Virus record (IMG/VR): IMGVR_UViG_3300043811_000163
Span: 1 to 56,533 of that record
Length of the DNA: 56,533 nucleotides
From: a virus
Direction: 5' to 3' (one strand)
The position numbers and the translations under genes were made by a program. Shown piece by piece: positions 1 through 10,231 of the stretch; the first letter of the stretch is position 1, and every line of letters begins with the position of its first letter. Below the pieces are notes generated by a model. That model saw nothing but the letters and a program-made list of their open reading frames with translations. It did no database searches and was not told the DNA's origin.

Positions 1-230
1 TTCGCGCGCAGTGTGTCGCGCGTTACTCTCCCAATCGAACCGACAGCATCGTACGAACCATGTCGAGCACGTTTCCGGCGCAGACTGTCGGTTCCATGTC
101 GACTCCCGCGGCGCGTGCGACCCAAGGCTCGGCTGCCTTCAGAGCGGCACGAAGTCCGTCAATGTAACTGGCAGTGGCCTTCTCTGCGAGCACGTGCCCG
201 CAGTCGCAGAACGGCTCATGACCGTAGAAA

Positions 231-488
231 TCACCGCCGCCGCAGCATCTCGGCGCCGTTGTCTGCACGTCTTCGTTCATTGCCCGTGATCCCTTCCTGT
301 TCGCGCGCAGCGTTTCGCGACGCGTCGCTTGACGGGCCCGGTGGCCGAGGCATTTCCGTTTCCCGGATCAGCCGATCGACTACCGCGGATCGGCTCTCGC
401 CCGAGCGCGACGCGATCTCGACTAGGCGCGCGATGGCGTCCGGCGAGAGGGTGAGGTGGACGAGGGGGCGTAGTCGGCCGGGGCTCAT
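231..488 (-). CDS. Ribbon-helix-helix (CopG/Arc-like) DNA-binding protein
   Basis: VHLTLSPDAIARLVEIASRSGESRSAVVDRLIRE fits the RHH pattern; ATG at 488 overlaps the upstream stop (ATGA). Confidence 0.65.
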   Translation of the reverse strand: MSPGRLRPLVHLTLSPDAIARLVEIASRSGESRSAVVDRLIRETEMPRPPGPSSDASRNAAREQEGITGNERRRADNGAEMLRRR

Positions 489-694
489 CCTCGATACTCG
501 CTGTTCTTGTCCGCCGGTTGGGCAGCCAGAAACTCCACCTCTTTGCCCTCTCGCCACGCTTGCTGTCGGGCAGCGAGCCACGCTCGGCAGCGAGCCTCGG
601 CCGCATAGTCGCGCTCAACCTTACGAGTTTCGTCGGTTTCTACCCATGTCGGGTTGTGAAAGGCGCGCTTGTTGTGAATTTCGTTTGCGTTCAT
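485..694 (-). CDS. Hypothetical phage protein
   Basis: ATG at 694 lies just downstream of a TTGACA-N17-TACAGT promoter; ATGA coupling to the next gene. Confidence 0.55.
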   Translation of the reverse strand: MNANEIHNKRAFHNPTWVETDETRKVERDYAAEARCRAWLAARQQAWREGKEVEFLAAQPADKNSEYRG

Positions 695-1028
695 GATTCT
701 AACTGTAGCCGCAGTGTAGCCGCATGTCAAGTGCGATTCTTGGTGGCGCGCGCCGTTTTCGGTCCGGGTCGCACGCGGCGCGCATTATGTCTAGACTGGC
801 GGTCTGAATTTGCCACAACGTTTGCACACGAATCCGTTGTCGATCTCAAGCCACTCGAGTCGATATCCGGCTTTGGCCGGATTCTTCAGCCGGTGCGGAT
901 AACAGCTCCACGGTCGCTCTTTAGCCGACTCTCGCCCAGCCGCAAACGCCGTTACGCTTGCGATGATGGCTAAGGTGAAACAAATCAGCGGTGTCATGGC
1001 CACCTCCGGCGCGCGCATTGTTGCGACT

Positions 1029-1301
1029 CTATTCCTCGAACGGCAGTGGGATCCCACGTGCTCGGCACCAGTCATTGATCTTGGGCTGCTGCAGGAAGTG
1101 CGGGAATTGCCTACCGTGCGCCCACCTCCAGATCTGCATCGGTGTGACATTGAACTCCGCGGCAAGCTTTGCCACGGTTCCGATTTCCTTGACCATGGTA
1201 AGCCACGGCTCGGGCATCGTGCAGTTGGTGCCGGGCCTCTTTCGCAGGTTCTTCTTGACGTCGTCCTCGAAAAGTGACGCCATGGTCTTTGCCGGCTGCA
1301 T
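1029..1301 (-). CDS. Cro-like helix-turn-helix protein
   Basis: GTVAKLAAEFNVTPMQIWRWAHGRQFP is an HTH signature; GAGG RBS before ATG 1301. Confidence 0.6.
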   Translation of the reverse strand: MQPAKTMASLFEDDVKKNLRKRPGTNCTMPEPWLTMVKEIGTVAKLAAEFNVTPMQIWRWAHGRQFPHFLQQPKINDWCRARGIPLPFEE

Positions 1302-1593
1302 GGTTCGCCTCATTCCTTGGATCCGAATCCGCTCGGTTCGAGCTCGCGGTACGCAATTGCTCGGCGCAGATAATCCTGCATCTCGTCGAGCACGTGCGCG
1401 CACTCCGCGAGCAACGCCAATCGAGTCTCCTCCGAGACCTCCGCCTTGGCCTTCTCGAGCCCGGCATAGCGATCGATCGCGTCGCGCGCCTTGCTCACGC
1501 TGGCCAAAAGCTCAGACGTGCTGAGCTGTCGCATCTCGGCTTTCGCCTTCGCGACGCTCTTCTTTTGGATCGGCGGCTGCGAGTATCGGTCGG

Positions 1594-1791
1594 TCATCGG
1601 GGGCCTGCCTTCGTCTCGTCGGTCGAAAAGTTCATGATCCCGTCTGGCGGCTCGCGACGGCGACGCGCCTCGATCACGCTGTCGGCCGTGCCAAGGCACA
1701 GCTCGGTCGTGTTTTGAGGATCCGAGGCCAGCATGGCGGCCACGAATCTATCCCAAGCGATTCGCTCATCGGCATCTCGGAACTCGATCAT
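1594..1791 (-). CDS. Hypothetical phage protein
   Basis: First gene after the operator-promoter at 1803-1830; AAGGG RBS. Confidence 0.5.
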   Translation of the reverse strand: MIEFRDADERIAWDRFVAAMLASDPQNTTELCLGTADSVIEARRRREPPDGIMNFSTDETKAGPR

Positions 1792-1802
1792 TTCCCTTCA
1801 CC

Positions 1803-1815
1803 ATAACCTCAAGTT
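1803..1815 (-). promoter_or_regulatory. Early promoter/operator copy 1 (ATAACCTCAAGTT)
   Basis: Repeat shared with six other intergenic sites; overlaps a -10-like TATGGT on the minus strand. Confidence 0.65.
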
Positions 1816-2297
1816 TGAAAACTGCAACGTTCACTTCGCTTTGAGCCACGCGCGCACCGCGCTGAGTGCCAGGTATTCCGTGTGCACTTGCGCGGTCACC
1901 GCGCGCTCAAGACGCGTCAGCTCGGCCGCGCTGTACTTGTGATCGCCGAGGTCGGCCGCGTCGCACTCGATCGCGGCCTTTTTCGCGGCCACGAGCGCCT
2001 CGATCACGCTTCCGGGGAGTTCGGCAGTTCCCATCGCTCAAGACTCTGCGAGTAGCTGATTTTCGGAACGATCACCACGTACTCGTGGCGGCGACCGTCG
2101 GGAGAAAGAAGCGTACGTCTCCGGACCTCGACGCGCGCACCTTGCGCGAGCGGCCCGCACGGGAGCGCGATCATGGCGTGCTCTCCCGGAGAAGGACGAC
2201 GACAGGACCGTTTCGGTACTCGCCGGTCGGCGTCAGCATCACGCCGTCCATGGCATCGCGATCCTCGTTCGACAACGGGAATCGGTCGCGATTGAAT

Positions 2298-2468
2298 TCA
2301 GGCATCGGTCTCTTCTCCTTCCGGCTCGCCCTCCACCATGCCTTCGCCGTCGCAGGCCGGGCAGACAGGGCCTCCATCGCATTCGCAGTAGCCCGCGTCG
2401 CATTTGCTGGTCGTGCGGCGGCAAGCCGTGGAACCATGGCCGTCGCACGTGTCACATTCGACCATCAT
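2298..2468 (-). CDS. Small DnaJ-type zinc-finger protein
   Basis: CDTCDGHG and CPACDGEG (CxxCxGxG) motifs. Confidence 0.5.
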   Translation of the reverse strand: MMVECDTCDGHGSTACRRTTSKCDAGYCECDGGPVCPACDGEGMVEGEPEGEETDA

Positions 2469-2927
2469 CGGGGGCCCTCGGGAACCAGACGAACGGCCAT
2501 GGCGTAGCCAGCCTCGGTCACGTTGTAGCCCCCGTCGCCTTTGCCAGACCGAACCAGAAATTCGAAACCGGCCGATGCTAGCGTTCGAGCCACGTTGATG
2601 CGGCTCGCGCGCGGGAAGTACCATCCGATCTCCTTTTCCTGGGCAATAGCGTCTCGGAGCGTTCTCTTCTGCGCCAGCGTCAGTTGATCGGGATGAGTCA
2701 CGAGAAGGATCATGACAGCCCCCACGTCATCTTCGGGAGTAACCGTAGCATCGAGACATCATCGTTCGCCGGCACTCCGAACACGCCGAGCTGGCGACCC
2801 GCGACGTACGCGGATCTCAACCGAGCGAATTCGACGAAGGTCATCGTGTCGAACTTCGCCTTCGGGATCCGCATAGCGCGCCTCATCGATTCCAATCTGA
2901 CGCGAACATCGACGCGGATTCTCTGGA

Positions 2928-3182
2928 TCATGGGCTCACCCCAGTCTGAGAGAAGCCCTTCATGTCCACGCCGTTGACCTCGACGCGCACGCCGTCTCGA
3001 TCCATCCCGGCGACGATGTCCCGGCAGCGATTGCCGCCTTCGCAGTAGACGCCTCCATTGCTGGTCGGCGTTCGCTCACCCTTCGAGAGAAGCCGCTTCA
3101 TCCACTTGCGCCCTCGTACCGTCAACGGGTCGATCGAGTAGAGGCCCATGCGGCCGGAGATAATCACGTCCAAGTTTGCCAT
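2928..3182 (-). CDS. Hypothetical phage protein
   Basis: Strong AAGGGAG RBS directly after the promoter at 3207-3231. Confidence 0.6.
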   Translation of the reverse strand: MANLDVIISGRMGLYSIDPLTVRGRKWMKRLLSKGERTPTSNGGVYCEGGNRCRDIVAGMDRDGVRVEVNGVDMKGFSQTGVSP

Positions 3183-3202
3183 CGCGTGCTCCCTTCACTC
3201 TT

Positions 3203-3231
3203 CAATATAACCTCTAGTGCGGTTTGGTCAA
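3203..3231 (-). promoter_or_regulatory. Sigma70-like early promoter with operator copy 2
   Basis: Minus strand TTGACC-aaaccgcACTAGAGGT-TATATT. Confidence 0.8.
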
Positions 3232-3416
3232 GACCTCGGCGGTGAGCTGTCCGGTCTCGACGTAGAGCTTCTGGACGGCAGCGACGTCGCCGTGCCTGGG
3301 ACACTGGCCGTCGGTCAAGGCGAACCAGCAGCGGCCCACGGGCACGCCGTCCGCGGTCTTCTCGAGGATCGCGCAGTTGTTCGCGAACGTGCGGCGCCAT
3401 TGCTTGGTGTGGATGC

Positions 3417-3776
3417 TCATGGTACGCGAGCTTTCTTCATCGCCTTCTCCATGGCCCGAAACGACTCGAATACTGGTGCGGCCATGTTGAGCTTCCGGCG
3501 ATCGTACATTCCCAACCGTTCCGCGATTCGCATCATTTGCGAGGGTCGACCGATCTTCTCGAGCAGGATCAGGGCGCCCGCGCAATGAGATTCATTGGTC
3601 ACGTGGCGTATGGGTTCTCCGTCGTCGTCGTACTCGACGGTCTTGTGGCAATGGAACTCACCGCGCACGAGCGATTGGTCGATTTCCCGCACACGGGCAG
3701 CGGTAAGGAAGGGCGGGATGTCCGATCGAAACGGACACTGAGGACACGGCGAGGTCATGGCGTATTGCTTGCTCAT
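3417..3776 (-). CDS. Cys/His-rich conserved phage protein (DUF6283-like)
   Basis: PCPQCPFRSD...FHCHKT...HCAGAL motif set. Confidence 0.55.
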   Translation of the reverse strand: MSKQYAMTSPCPQCPFRSDIPPFLTAARVREIDQSLVRGEFHCHKTVEYDDDGEPIRHVTNESHCAGALILLEKIGRPSQMMRIAERLGMYDRRKLNMAAPVFESFRAMEKAMKKARVP

Positions 3777-4241
3777 CGATACCTGCCTTCATTGCATCGG
3801 AGATCTCCACAGGTCGTATGGCCGTCGAGCGCGGGAAGTCCACAGCCAGGACAGAGCGGCCAGCCCGCGGGGTAATTAAACTGCGGAGCCTGCAATCGAT
3901 AGACGGGCCGGACCATCGGGTGATCTGGACAGGGATCGAAGGCCACGCCGATCCTGCTCTCGGCGCGCGCGAGCTCCTTGCCGCACTCGGAGCATGTCGG
4001 CGGGAATGCGGGGCCGCTCATCGGCGCACGTCCATGAATTCGGCCGTGATACCGGTCGCGTCATGGAACTTCGGCCGAGCCAAGGAGACGATCCGCTCAT
4101 CGAGCATGCCAGTTACAGCAGCCTCGATGGTCTCATCGGCTGGAGCCTCTTCTTCGGCGTCTGCGGGCCCAATGTCGATCTCGAGCTCGAAGCATACGCG
4201 GTAGACCGCGCGAGCCCGGCGCTCCCGCTTCGCTGTCGTGG

Positions 4242-5018
4242 TCATGACGCGATCCCTCCCACAATTCGCTGCGCCTCATGCCAGGCCCAAGGTGAAGGCA
4301 TTCTCTGCCAGACGCCTTCCGAAGGTGCCCACCGAAAGCCGGATTGCTTGAGCGACGTGCGGACCTCCGCGCTCGGCTTGAACGGGAACCGGATGCGTAC
4401 GCGGTTCTCGGCTTCGTCGACGACGACCACGCCTTGCGCGGTTGCGCAATTCCACGGCTCTTTCGCGGGTGCTGTAGCACGCGACTCGAGCTGGGCGATC
4501 CTGAGTTTGCAGCGGCGGATCTCGGCGTTGTTGTTCGACAGCTGGTAGTTCGCGAATCCGATGCGCCCGCAGAAGTCCGGCTTTTTGAGCTCGGCGCCGA
4601 CCTGGTCGCCGACAAGCGCGAAGAGCGCGACGTCATCGCCCTTGCGGATCGCTGCATTCGCAGCCTTCATGGTCGCCTGGTACTTCTCGAGCCCGGCGAG
4701 CTTCTCACGCAGCTTGGCGACCGCATCGGGGTCATCCGACGAGATCGACGGATTGATCTCGGCCGAGTTCGCGCGCCGCTCGAGATCGTCGGCGAGCTTC
4801 GAGAGCTCGAACGACTTGCGCGTGGCTCGGTCGATTCGCTCAAGATCGCGCTTGTGACGGCGGTACGAATGATGGCCCGGAAGTAGGGGGGTACCGTTCA
4901 TAACGTTCAATAGCGCGTCGTACTGATGATACTTCGCGTCCGCAAGCGTCTTGAGCTTGGCCGCTCGGGCTCGCATGCGTTCGATGCGGGATTCTCTCTT
5001 CTCTTCGTATGCGTTCAC
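4242..5018 (-). CDS. DUF3560-like protein
   Basis: YEEKRESRIER, GTPLLPGHHSYRRH, ISSDDPDAVAKLREKL, LSNNNAEIRR, NRVRIRFPFKPS...LKQSGFRWAPSEGVWQR; GTG start at 5018 with RBS. Confidence 0.85.
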   Translation of the reverse strand: MNAYEEKRESRIERMRARAAKLKTLADAKYHQYDALLNVMNGTPLLPGHHSYRRHKRDLERIDRATRKSFELSKLADDLERRANSAEINPSISSDDPDAVAKLREKLAGLEKYQATMKAANAAIRKGDDVALFALVGDQVGAELKKPDFCGRIGFANYQLSNNNAEIRRCKLRIAQLESRATAPAKEPWNCATAQGVVVVDEAENRVRIRFPFKPSAEVRTSLKQSGFRWAPSEGVWQRMPSPWAWHEAQRIVGGIAS

Positions 5019-5035
5019 GTGTGCCCTTCCTTCTC

Positions 5036-5368
5036 TCAGAAACTGAAATCGTGGTAGCGCTCGCGCCGGCCGACCATCACTCGCGCGCCCTTGAGAATCT
5101 TCCAACCTTTCGCCGTCAGCCGCGCGACCTTGACGGGCGCAGTCGTGTCCGGCGTGTATGTATACACCTGCATCTCGCTCATGCCGTAGCTGTCGGTGCG
5201 GTCGGCCCTGTCCTCTTGCAGGTGAATCGTCTTGCCGGACTTGCTCACGTACACGACCGTGGCCGGGAATCGATCCGTCCAGCTGAGGATAGTCGCGCCG
5301 TCCCCCACCTTCGGTGCCGCGGACTTCGCGTTCGCCATCATCAGGTTGTTCAAGCTTCCGAACTCCAT
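5036..5368 (-). CDS. Conserved hypothetical phage protein
   Basis: PKVGDGATILSWTDRFPATV...GRRERYHDFSF; first gene after the promoter at 5390-5415. Confidence 0.7.
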   Translation of the reverse strand: MEFGSLNNLMMANAKSAAPKVGDGATILSWTDRFPATVVYVSKSGKTIHLQEDRADRTDSYGMSEMQVYTYTPDTTAPVKVARLTAKGWKILKGARVMVGRRERYHDFSF

Positions 5369-5385
5369 CTCATCACCTCGACCAC

Positions 5386-5415
5386 TAACATAACCTCAGG
5401 TTATATTGGCGTCAA
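5386..5415 (-). promoter_or_regulatory. Sigma70-like early promoter with most symmetric operator (copy 3, ATAACCTCAGGTTAT)
   Basis: Minus strand TTGACG...ATAACCTGAGGTTATGTT; 15-bp palindrome with a free centre base at 5390-5404. Confidence 0.85.
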
Positions 5416-5792
5416 GGTTGCCTCATCGGCCGGCAGGCCGAGGCTCTCCCGGGCAAACGCGACGGCTTCCGCTTGCGACTTGATCCCTTTACGGATCCCG
5501 AACGACTCGGCCGCGTCGTCATCGCGAAGCACCACGATCCACGTGGCGTCATTGTCCGAGCGGATGCTGGCCGAGAGACCGTCGGCTTCATTGCGGATCG
5601 TCTGCACCTGCCAGGACGTCCGCAGCACGCGAAGCGCGGCCATCGGCAAGTCGCGTTCGGCTTGCCCGGTCGCGATGAGATTCTCGGCCATGGCAAGCGG
5701 CATCGGGAACATGCGATAGCCGTAGCCTCGCTCGTACGCGCGCTTGCGGCCTCGCTTGTCGACATCGAACGAGATGAAACGGGGAACCGAAG

Positions 5793-6644
5793 TCACGACG
5801 CGCCTCCTTCTTCGAGCTTCACGACTTTGCACCTTGTCAGCGTGGTCTGAGCCTCGCCGTTGTAGTCTCCGAGCTTCTTGACGGTGCCCTTGATCGACAC
5901 CCATTTGCCGAGATCCTTGCCCATGAGAGGGCAGGCATTCGAGAACCACACGAGGCATTCGCCGGTCTCGGCGCGGAACTTGTTCATCCAGGTCGGGAAA
6001 GGCCCATCGATGCCCACCTTCAGCGCGAACTCGAACAGCGCGCGTTTGATCTCGACCTTGGCACCGACAGCGCCCGCGTGCTTCGAGTCGGGCAGGCTCG
6101 CCTTGATGCCGGCGATGCGCAGCGTCTCCGCGTCCTCGGCATCAGGCTCCGTCCAGCGCGTGCCCTCCGTGATCGCCGTGATGTACCGGGCAGCGCGCTC
6201 CTTCTCGAACTTGCTGCAGTGGTTGCTCGACACGATGGCGCGGTAGGTCCGTAGCTCTTCGGCGTGCTCGATTTCGGCGCGCGCGGCACGTTCGGCCTTG
6301 CTCTCGCGCTCGACGCGCTCTCGCTCCATGCGCTCCCGGTACTCGGGGCTCGCGCGATACTGCTCGAGTTCATACTCCTTTTCGGCCCGGCGAATCTCCG
6401 CGAGGTCGGGTCCGCCTTCGAGCGTCACGGCGCAATCGCGCCCGACGTCCATGACTTGTCCCTTCTCGCTCTTGACCCGAACGACGTAGCGGATGCCGGC
6501 TCCGCACTTGTCGCAGCACGAGCCGGGAACGACATGCGCGTCGGGCGTCCCTGCCGCGACGACGAACGCGCTCTCTCGAAATCCGATGACTTCCCACCGG
6601 ACCGGTGCTTCCTTGGTTCCGTACAGCGGCGTGGCGGCGTTCAT
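5793..6644 (-). CDS. Phage protein with N-terminal Zn-binding motif and C-terminal OB-fold-like domain
   Basis: CDKCGAGIRY...VGRDC; C-terminal VWFS...IKGTVKK...YNGEAQTTLTRCKV. Confidence 0.6.
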   Translation of the reverse strand: MNAATPLYGTKEAPVRWEVIGFRESAFVVAAGTPDAHVVPGSCCDKCGAGIRYVVRVKSEKGQVMDVGRDCAVTLEGGPDLAEIRRAEKEYELEQYRASPEYRERMERERVERESKAERAARAEIEHAEELRTYRAIVSSNHCSKFEKERAARYITAITEGTRWTEPDAEDAETLRIAGIKASLPDSKHAGAVGAKVEIKRALFEFALKVGIDGPFPTWMNKFRAETGECLVWFSNACPLMGKDLGKWVSIKGTVKKLGDYNGEAQTTLTRCKVVKLEEGGAS

Positions 6645-6664
6645 CACCTGCTCCCTTCAGCTAC

Positions 6665-6693
6665 TAATATAACCTCGGGTTCGATTGCGTCAA
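6665..6693 (-). promoter_or_regulatory. Sigma70-like early promoter with operator copy 4
   Basis: Minus strand TTGACG-caatcgAACCCGAGGT-TATATT, followed by an AAGGGAG RBS. Confidence 0.8.
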
Positions 6694-6854
6694 GGTCCAG
6701 GGAGCCGATGTAGATACACCGCGGTGTGGGTCGGTCGCCCTCCTCCCAGGCGACATCGATCGCGTCGGTATCGAGCTCGGGATAGTGGCGGAGAAGCAGC
6801 CGGGCGCCTGCCTCCACAAGCGCCCGGATCTCAGGGTCGGTCGAGTACACTGGC

Positions 6855-7598
6855 TCACTCCGCGGCCGCGTCTTTGGACCAGCCAAGTGCATCGGCGACG
6901 GATTCGCCGGCTTTCGCTTCGGCCTTCGGCTCTACGGGCGTCATGTCGCCGGGAAGCCTGGCGAAGTCCTCGAAGATGGCGCGCGCGGAGACCACGCCTT
7001 CGGCCGCTTCCGGTTCGCGCATCGGCATGACGATGACGAACAGCTCGGGCACGTTCGCGCTCGTGATCACGATGGGGCCGCGGTCTTTGGTCGGACGGAT
7101 TCGAATCGAGGCTCCCGTTCGCTCGGATCCCAGCGATTGAAACGCCTTGGCCGCGTCCGCGATATAGAGCGCGTTCGCGTACGACAGCGTGTTCGACGTG
7201 TCGTCCGGGAACACTTGCGGCAAGGGCGGGAACGTGGCCTGGACCGCGCGAAACTTCACGGCCGCGTTGCCCGCGGTCAAGGTCCCGTCGCTCTTGCCTT
7301 CGGTCAGTTCGACCTCAGCGAACGCCGGTTTCTTGCCCGCAGCCTTGACGAACGCGTTGACGTCTGCGAGCGAGATCAGAAACTGCGTTCGGACGTCGCC
7401 CTCGATTCGGAACGCGCTCTCGACGAATCGATAGAGCGCCAGCCTGTGGCCGTCGGTTCCTGCGAGGTCCAGGCTCGGCCCGTTCAGATCGACGCAGACC
7501 GAATTGAGCTGCGGCCGGGTTTCATCCCGGCTCACATGGGTCGCGACGGCTTTGAGCGCCGCGATGAATCGAACAGGATCATTGAATGACAGTTTCAT
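6855..7598 (-). CDS. DNA polymerase III beta-clamp (DnaN)-like protein, two-domain fragment
   Basis: VSRDETRPQLNSV...GTDGHRLA, FPPLPQVFP, NALYIADA, FVIVMPMR resemble clamp domains 2-3; AAGGAG RBS before ATG 7598. Confidence 0.8.
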   Translation of the reverse strand: MKLSFNDPVRFIAALKAVATHVSRDETRPQLNSVCVDLNGPSLDLAGTDGHRLALYRFVESAFRIEGDVRTQFLISLADVNAFVKAAGKKPAFAEVELTEGKSDGTLTAGNAAVKFRAVQATFPPLPQVFPDDTSNTLSYANALYIADAAKAFQSLGSERTGASIRIRPTKDRGPIVITSANVPELFVIVMPMREPEAAEGVVSARAIFEDFARLPGDMTPVEPKAEAKAGESVADALGWSKDAAAE

Positions 7599-7794
7599 GA
7601 TTGTCTCCTTCAGGGTCAGACGCATTCGCGTCGGTAATATCCGAGACCCGCCGTCTTCGACGGCTCGGGCGTCTTCGGCTCGTTCCATTCGTGCCCGCAC
7701 TCCGTGCAGCGCTTGCGAAGCGCTGTGGGTCGTACATAGACGAGCTCGATCGTGTCGCACCCGCATTCGGGGCAGTGGCCGTCCCAGGCTCGCA

Positions 7795-7974
7795 TCAGTC
7801 TCTCTCCACAGGCGCTTGCCGCGCTGCTTTGGGGTCACCGAAGTCGATGTCCGAGCCGCCGCACTTGGGGCAGCCCGAATCGCCGAACGAGGCCCGTTCC
7901 GCCGCCTTGACGGTCCGGAACGCGTGCCCGCATTCCTGACAGTAGAATCCGCATCCGTTGGTCTTGGTGGCCAT
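7795..7974 (-). CDS. Small zinc-ribbon protein
   Basis: Hand translation: MATKTNGCGFYCQECGHAF...CPKCGGSDID; AAGGAG RBS after promoter copy 5. Confidence 0.6.
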   Translation of the reverse strand: MATKTNGCGFYCQECGHAFRTVKAAERASFGDSGCPKCGGSDIDFGDPKAARQAPVERD

Positions 7975-7998
7975 CTTTCGAGCTCCTTCCTACGCCTC

Positions 7999-8061
7999 TA
8001 TCATAACCTCTAGTTCGACCATCGCAAGGGCCCTTGCGCGAATCAAACCTCGGGTTATATT
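7999..8061. promoter_or_regulatory. Divergent promoter pair with operator copies 5 and 6 (transcription switch)
   Basis: ATAACCTCTAGTT (8003-8015, leftward) and AACCTCGGGTTATATT (8046-8061, rightward), each with a TTGCG -35; gene orientation flips here. Confidence 0.8.
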
Positions 8062-8083
8062 GATGGGTGAGAGGAGAGACGAG

Positions 8084-8395
8084 ATGGGAACCAGGACCCC
8101 TTGGGGGACAGCGGATCACGTGAAGCGGTACGCCGAGGGCGTCACCTTCTACGGGACGCCGAGCCATGGCGGCTTCAAGCTGGCGCCCCAGCAGAATGCG
8201 AAAGTGCCCGAGGCTCTTCGCAGGGCCAGCTTCTGCGGCAATGGAGAGCGCGGCTGGTACGAGGAAGACTGCGACTGGAACATCGTCGCCTTCGTCTTCC
8301 CGGAGCTCTTTACTCCCGCGGAAGCCGTGGGAGCTCGCGAGTACGTCAAGAATCACTACCCCGCCGCGTTCGCGGCGATCAAGGAGGCATCGTGA
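8084..8395 (+). CDS. DUF7007-like protein
   Basis: TPWG...GVTFYGTPSHGGFKL...WYEEDCDW motif; GAGGAG RBS. Confidence 0.75.
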   Translation: MGTRTPWGTADHVKRYAEGVTFYGTPSHGGFKLAPQQNAKVPEALRRASFCGNGERGWYEEDCDWNIVAFVFPELFTPAEAVGAREYVKNHYPAAFAAIKEAS

Positions 8396-9735
8396 AAACG
8401 CTCGGAGGGAGAAAGGCTGCGATCAGCCGTAAGCGGCTTCTGCTCGGCAGCCAGGGAGTTCGAGCCTGGCAGGTATTCGACGGACTGACGAGTCGCTGGA
8501 TGTACGGCCAGTATTCACAAGTCGAGGCCCGCACGTTCGCCAGCAAGTTGAACCGCGAGCTGGCCTTGCGCGGAGAGCATCCGCGCGATCGGTACAGCGC
8601 GAGGTCGAGCGCCGAAGTCGGCGAATGGGATCCCTGGCAATTCGGCCGGGGGCCCTCGTTCAGCGAAGCGTACGCAGCGTGAAAGGAGACATCGTGAGCA
8701 ATCTTCTTCTGAACCGACACGGAAGCGTTTTCACAGCCACGCGCCAGGACGCGCGCGCCATTGTCTCGCGACTGCGAGCCTTTCTCGACTGCCGCGATGT
8801 CTGGTTCAAGCGCGTACAAGTAAACGAGGGCGGGACGACCGAATACGATTGGGTCGCGCTCGTTCTGCCGGCGAAGCACCACGTCGCGGCGCGCGCGTTC
8901 GTCGAGGGCTGGACGTCCGGTCGATCGGACGGGCTCGATCTGCACTACGGACGAGGCTATCGTCTCACGGAGATCGCGGAAGAGAACGCCACGCGTCCGT
9001 TCGAGAAGCCGAAGGGTGAGGTTCCGACTGTCGCGCGCCGGCCCACGCTGGCGATGATTCGCGCTCTCGCGGCTGCCCAGGACAAATGGCTCGTGCCGTG
9101 GGACTTCGGCTCGGCGACGATCTCCGCGCTCAAGAAGAGCGGATGGATCACTCCGCGCACCAACGAGAACAATGGGGGAACGCAGTACGGCATCACAGAA
9201 GCGGGCACCAAAGTGCTCGCAGAAGCGAGAGGACAATCGTGAGCACGGACAGAGAAACGAGCATACCGCTCGGACCAAGGCTCGCGGACCGAGAGGTCAC
9301 CATGTTCGCAGGAGACGGAGGCGGCCGGCGACAATCGGCGTTTTCGATCAATGGCCTTCGGATTTCAGTCACTCCGAGCGACGACGAGGACAATGAACGC
9401 GCCTTCGAGTACGCCTGCGAGCTCTCGAGGCATGACGCTTCGATCGCCGATCTCTGTGCGACCGTGCAAGACCAGGCGAACGAGATCGTATCGCTCAAGC
9501 TGAAGCTCCCTGGACGGCGCAAGGTGCGCTTGCTCGGGCGAGGCTTCGTCCGGTTCGACGACTGGGGCACCCTCTGGCTCTTGAACAGGCAAGATCGCGG
9601 CTTTGGCGAATGGGGAATCTCGTTCGAGGACTGGGACGTTCTCTTTCGTCGGTACGATGTGCGTGTCGTCGAGCACGGTTCCGATGCGCACGGCATGTGG
9701 TGGGCTGTAGAGAACTTCGAACGAAAGGCAGACCG

Positions 9736-10185
9736 ATGAATTCAACCGCCCGCAGTCCGTCATCTCCCAGGCTCCGCGTCGTTCCGAAGGAGCCGCGCGC
9801 GCGGCGCGAGCTCGGCGTAGTCGGTCAGGTCCGAGCCGCACTCAAGCCGCGTAACAGGCTAGCCACGGCGCTCGGTGCTCTCTTGGGTGGAGGCGTGCCG
9901 ATGGCGAGCTGGCAGCTGGCTCACCACGAGGTCGACGCGACCTTGCCTATCTACGCCCAGCTGCCGGCGTGGCTCGTCGTGGGAGGTCTCCTGTTCTCCG
10001 CATTGACCGTCTGCCAATGGGCGATGGAAGCCTTCGGCTCGCCGTGGAAGGCGCTTGGCTTCACGGTGCTTCTCGAGGGGATTCTGACCTTTGCACATAC
10101 CCCGTGGCTGAGTGTCGCCAGCGTCTGCTACCTAGTGGCGATCAATGCCACGGCAACGGGCGTCCGGCTCTCGAGGACGGCTTGA
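9736..10185 (+). CDS. Multi-pass membrane protein
   Basis: About four hydrophobic segments; ATG 9736 overlaps the upstream stop. Confidence 0.6.
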   Translation: MNSTARSPSSPRLRVVPKEPRARRELGVVGQVRAALKPRNRLATALGALLGGGVPMASWQLAHHEVDATLPIYAQLPAWLVVGGLLFSALTVCQWAMEAFGSPWKALGFTVLLEGILTFAHTPWLSVASVCYLVAINATATGVRLSRTA

Positions 10186-10209
10186 CAGAATCGAACTAGA
10201 GGTTATGTT
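10182..10209 (+). promoter_or_regulatory. Sigma70-like early promoter with operator copy 7
   Basis: TTGACA-gaatcgAACTAGAGGT-TATGTT. Confidence 0.85.
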
Positions 10210-10231
10210 ATAGGTGAGAGGAAGAGAGAGC

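Noticed and set aside
1803-10209. Repeated ATAACCTC motif as a CRISPR array or att/integron sites
   Set aside because: Copies are kilobases apart, always sit inside promoters, and no cas or integrase gene is present
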